In this document: positions 60,061-64,000 of the stretch, in pieces | Layout: the number at the start of each line of letters is the position of its first letter | Position numbering within the stretch: position 1 is the first letter of the stretch | Assembly: GCF_004010195.1 (NCBI RefSeq) | Contig: NC_057718.1 | Span: forward strand, 63,719,905 to 63,783,904 | Length of the DNA stretch: 64,000 nt | Direction: 5' to 3' | Origin: Chiloscyllium plagiosum | Taxonomy: Eukaryota | Program-made: the position numbers and the translations under genes | The notes under the pieces: generated by a model | What the model was told of the DNA's origin: nothing | Database searches by the model: none | Seen by the model: the letters and a program-made list of their open reading frames with translations, nothing else

Positions 60061-63000
60061 AAGATCCACATTGTTATTTTCATGGCCATGTTTCTATGCC
60101 ACTGAGATCAAAGTGTTATTATTCCAGCTGATGATAATACACATCAGATGACATCCTAGAGTGAAACCTGGCTTGATAGAATAAGTTATTTTTTGTTACT
60201 TGTTTGCCTGAGTGGTCAGTCATTAAACATATTTGCAAGAGGCTGTCAATGTACATTTAACCGAAGAACAACATTGCTGATTACACACATCAGAAAAAGA
60301 AAACAAAAACTGTTTTAACCCATACAAGAAATACTTGAATTATTACAAATTCAGGGAAATAAATTCAACATTTTTATCCTCAACAAAAACCTTTCAGATA
60401 TGCTAACCTCAGTCAAGGGTCTCTTTTTAAATTTCCTTGCTCAGAGGGTGCAATTTATTTGGTTTCTTTCTGGTAAACATTTGCATCTACTTAATGTTAT
60501 CTTCTTTAGTTGTCTGTATGAGACCCTTTTAAAAAAAAACACCAACACAGTTCCCTTACTTCTTCACACGTGTTCCTTAAGCTCATGTGTTCAGCAGCCT
60601 TATAGGATGTTTTCCTCTCTGACATATGAAAGTGTTCTGTTACTAGCTTCTAAGCTACTCAAGATTCCTTTCCTTCTGTCCTGAATGTTTTGGTTACTGC
60701 TTAACTGCACTTGCTGCTGTCACAGGCCCTTTCCCCTCTGAATGACCTGCTTCTCTCTGAAAGAAACTTGTAGACACGCTGACCTTGCTAATGTTTGTCT
60801 TTCTTTTTAAAAGAAATCTTGTTCTTGTCCTTATTTCCCTGTGCCATGGGACACCTCATTCTCTTTCTTTTACCCTTGTTTTCTAAAACATTCAACTATT
60901 CAACTTAAACAATTTTAAAAGCCTCATTTAAATACATGGAAACAAATTTGCAGACAGCCAAATACCATTCACAGAAATAATCTGTAAAGAAACTAAACCT
61001 GTGTATTTCCTTTCTGAACAATACAATATGGAACTATAAATCAAACTTATGCATCTACACGGGTCAATCCACTTTAAACCCACATTTTCAAATGTCATGA
61101 ACCTTCATCACAGAGGTATCAGATGAGACTACAGTTTTTCTGTTATTGTGGATGGAATCTCTGCTCCCAGTGCTAGTGAGCTTGCAGAGCAGGCAGGACA
61201 GTTAATTAGATGGCTTGCTGATGTTCTGATGCCTTCCCACCTTCGCCAGTCCTGGGCTGGAAGCTCGTAGTTGATGCTCCTCCACTGCCAGCAACAGAGG
61301 CCCTTAAGTGGTCAATTAAAGATTGATTTTGTGCATCAGCCAGCCACTGCTTGGATTAACCCAGCTGCAGATGGCTCTGGCTCCATGCGGCGTGCACGTG
61401 GGTGGCACCTTGTCATCTCTGGGTTGGAGGCCAATGAGGATTCCCTTGATCAAAGTGCCTAATCAAAGTATTAGGCATCATTCAGGGAATGCCCGTTGGG
61501 AACCTCCCACCTCTAAACCCATCTTTGTGCTGGATCCTCTACGATCTCTGTCCTGGGATAGGGGACCAAGGAAGGTTGCTTTTCTACCATTAGACAAGAT
61601 GAATGCCATACCTACCAGCCTCAGACTGGTGTACAGCTCTTGATGGTTGTGACTTCAGACACTGTTTTCTGCGAACCGCTCTGATCCCCATTGCCAGGGT
61701 TGAAGGAGGATTAGGAGCCTGCACTGAATGAGGAAAACTCACTCAGTGATTGTTTGGAGCATCCATTGATAGCAGAGGGCAGGTTAAAAATCCACTTAAA
61801 TAGAAAACGTTTATTAAGTCTGGAGTTCCAATCTGAGGTCTTTCAGTTTAAAAGGAATAGCAGAGTGCCTTTGCTGCTAGGTGAGAGAAAGAGAGTTTCA
61901 AGTCAGGGGTGCCATCTCTTTTCAGTTTAAATTGAGAAAGGCTTTGAAGCAAGGCCACAACTATTTGACGGGGGCTAGGGGTTGTTGGAAGGGGCATGAG
62001 GGTGGGGCTGAGTATGATGCGGAAGGGCCAATAGCTGCTGCCACCCCCAAGCAGGCACAGAAAGCCTTCTTCCTGCCAGGTATGCTGGCATCATTGGCCT
62101 TAGGTGACTTGAGTTTAACCAGCTATGAATGAGGTGCATAATCCTGTAAGTCACCTTCCTGTTTCTGGGAAAATAGTCACACTACACATAGCCCCTGCTT
62201 GCCCCATTTCCCAGCCTCAGCCGGCTCAAAAATTCTGTCTGAGCATGGGATTTAGTGCATTTTCTATCATATTGCTCAATGCTTATAAACATGGACAGAG
62301 TTTACCAAAGATTTGTATTCATTAATGTTTTGAATTTAAATATACAAAATCAAAGACAAATATATTTTAAAATATGCTATTCTTTCATTGTTTTACTACT
62401 CAATGCCACTGCCACATATTATGTCATGGATTAATAATTTATCATATCGTTACTACAGGTTTATTGAAGACTATGAAAATGATGACTGAGAAGACAAATT
62501 AATCTTGCACATCCTATTTACTTAAAATATCTTCCAGTGTGACACATTTAGTTAGATAAAGTAGTACTTCTGGAATTTGATTAAAAATGAAATTGATGGC
62601 AGAATAGTTGTTCTAATTTCTATTATGCCAGAATTCGACAATGTCATGCATGACGTGCATTACAGTTCAAAGTCACTTTTATTTGGGTTAAAGCTGCAAA
62701 CCATATTAATGCATTTTAATGTTCATCAGTTGGAAAACATGACCCAAGACAGTTATATCCATATGTGATTGAGGTCACTGTTACACAGTACTTCTCAGAT
62801 AATATTACATGGCAGAAAGCAGTAAAAGGACAACCAGGAGTCAGTACAATAAACACCTTGAAATAGAGAAACACTGTGACGTGGAGTAATGAAATTAACA
62901 TTGAAACAGAAAATATATGGTACAGAAGATTAAGTGTCACTGTTAAAGAAAGGTAAATGCCATCATCTCCTCTCTGCTGCCTTACACTCACAGACCACGA

Positions 63001-63149
63001 CTCACTCTAACTCTGCCACTGCACACACACCTCACCAAGGCTCATGGACTCCAATATTTTACACATCATGTCCTTTCATTACTCTCATCCACCTTAACCT
63101 CCTAGATTACTAACCTTTCCTGCCCCTTTGCACTGCCTACTCATAGAAG

Positions 63150-63860
63150 CACAGGTGATGTTGTGACCATATCACTGGACTCATAATCCAGAAACCCACA
63201 CTAATGTTCTGGGGAGAAGGGTTCAAATCCCACCATAGTAGATGGTGAAATCTGAATTCAATAAAGGTAAAAGCTAATGGCGACTGTTGTCTTAAAAATC
63301 TATTTAGTTCAGGAGTGCCGATTAATCCTGCCATCCTTAGTTGGTCTGTCTCACACGTGACTCCAAACCAAAGTGGTTGAACATTAACTGTCCTCTGAAA
63401 TTACCTAGCAACCCACTCAGTTATTTCAAACCATATCATAGCATCAGTAGGAGTGATCACTAGACAATCCGTGTGTGGACAAAATTGTGCTGTCAGGTTG
63501 AGGATGCCCTTCATCATGTTGTATGATACTACTACCCGTGCTAAATGGGACAGACTTTGAACAGATCTCGCAACACAAAACTGGAATCTATGAGACTGTG
63601 TGTGTTATCAGTGTATTCAACTACAATCTGTAACCTTATGGCCCAGTATATTTCCCAATTTACTAGTACCACCAAATCAGCGGTCAACCCTGGTTCACTG
63701 GAGAGTGCAGGAAGTCATGCCAGGAGAAGCATAACACATTCCTAAAAATAAAGTGTAAACCTGGTTAGGCTACAATACAGGATCACTTGCATGCCAAATA
63801 GCACCAGCAACAAGTAATAGACAGCACTAAGTGATCCCACATTCAATGGATCATACTTAG
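63150..63860 (+). mobile_element. CR1-type LINE fragment (third family) with tRNA-like 5' head
   Basis: GGGTTCAAATCCCACC...TGAATTCAATAAA head (also inverted near 4090-4130) followed by ORF2 remnants (CAACCCTGGTTCA...GAGAGTGCAGG). Confidence 0.6.
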
Positions 63861-63881
63861 CTGGGAAATCTTGCTATATAA

Positions 63882-64000
63882 CACCATAAGACCATAAGAC
63901 ATAGGAGTGGAAGTAAGGCCACTTGGCCCATTGAGTCCACTCCGCCATTTAATCATGGCTGATGGGCATTTCAACTCCACTTACCCGCACTCTCCCCATA
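63882..64000 (-). mobile_element. CR1 3' tail running off the window
   Basis: (ACCATAAG)n tail followed by ACATAGGAGTGGAAGTAAGGCC. Confidence 0.75.

Noticed and set aside
55400..61110. Possible solo-LTR-like segments (about 55400-56200, 57770-58600, 60070-61110)
   Set aside because: Repeat-like composition, but no paired LTRs, PBS/PPT, TSD or gag/pol remnants could be shown.
1..64000. CRISPR arrays, operons or prokaryotic systems
   Set aside because: Sequence is vertebrate-type and intron/repeat-rich; no regularly spaced repeat-spacer array seen.

Overview
Eukaryotic, repeat-rich genomic DNA, most likely from a shark or other cartilaginous fish. This rests on HE1-type V-SINEs, HER1/CR1 LINEs and Penelope-like elements; the species cannot be determined. 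The only host gene I can support is the 5' end of a minus-strand gene whose first coding exon (21360-21426, MEERGESSSSGCLRRFASCFLN + phase-1 A) resembles the PDE10A2-type first exon of PDE10A (human, from memory: [22 protein letters not shown], 22 codons + A|GT). It lies in a CpG island. Everything to its left is probably intron 1 (no exon 2 seen) and everything to its right upstream intergenic DNA. The rest is layered, decayed transposons: CR1, Tx1/L1, L2, RTE, SINEs, a Tc1/mariner-type MITE, Harbinger relics and many Penelope-like pieces. Main points for follow-up: (i) the PKA-site Thr of PDE10A2 appears to be Ala while the palmitoylated Cys is kept; (ii) two extra candidate phase-1 first exons with lipidation-like N-termini (MICCKKK-G and MGSARS...G); (iii) about a dozen hammerhead-ribozyme-like cores in Penelope-derived repeats, several in TSD-flanked fold-back mini-elements and three in pre-mRNA orientation in the intron. 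There are two assembly gaps, and most ORFs in the track are repeat-derived or spurious. All family assignments are by eye, not by database search.
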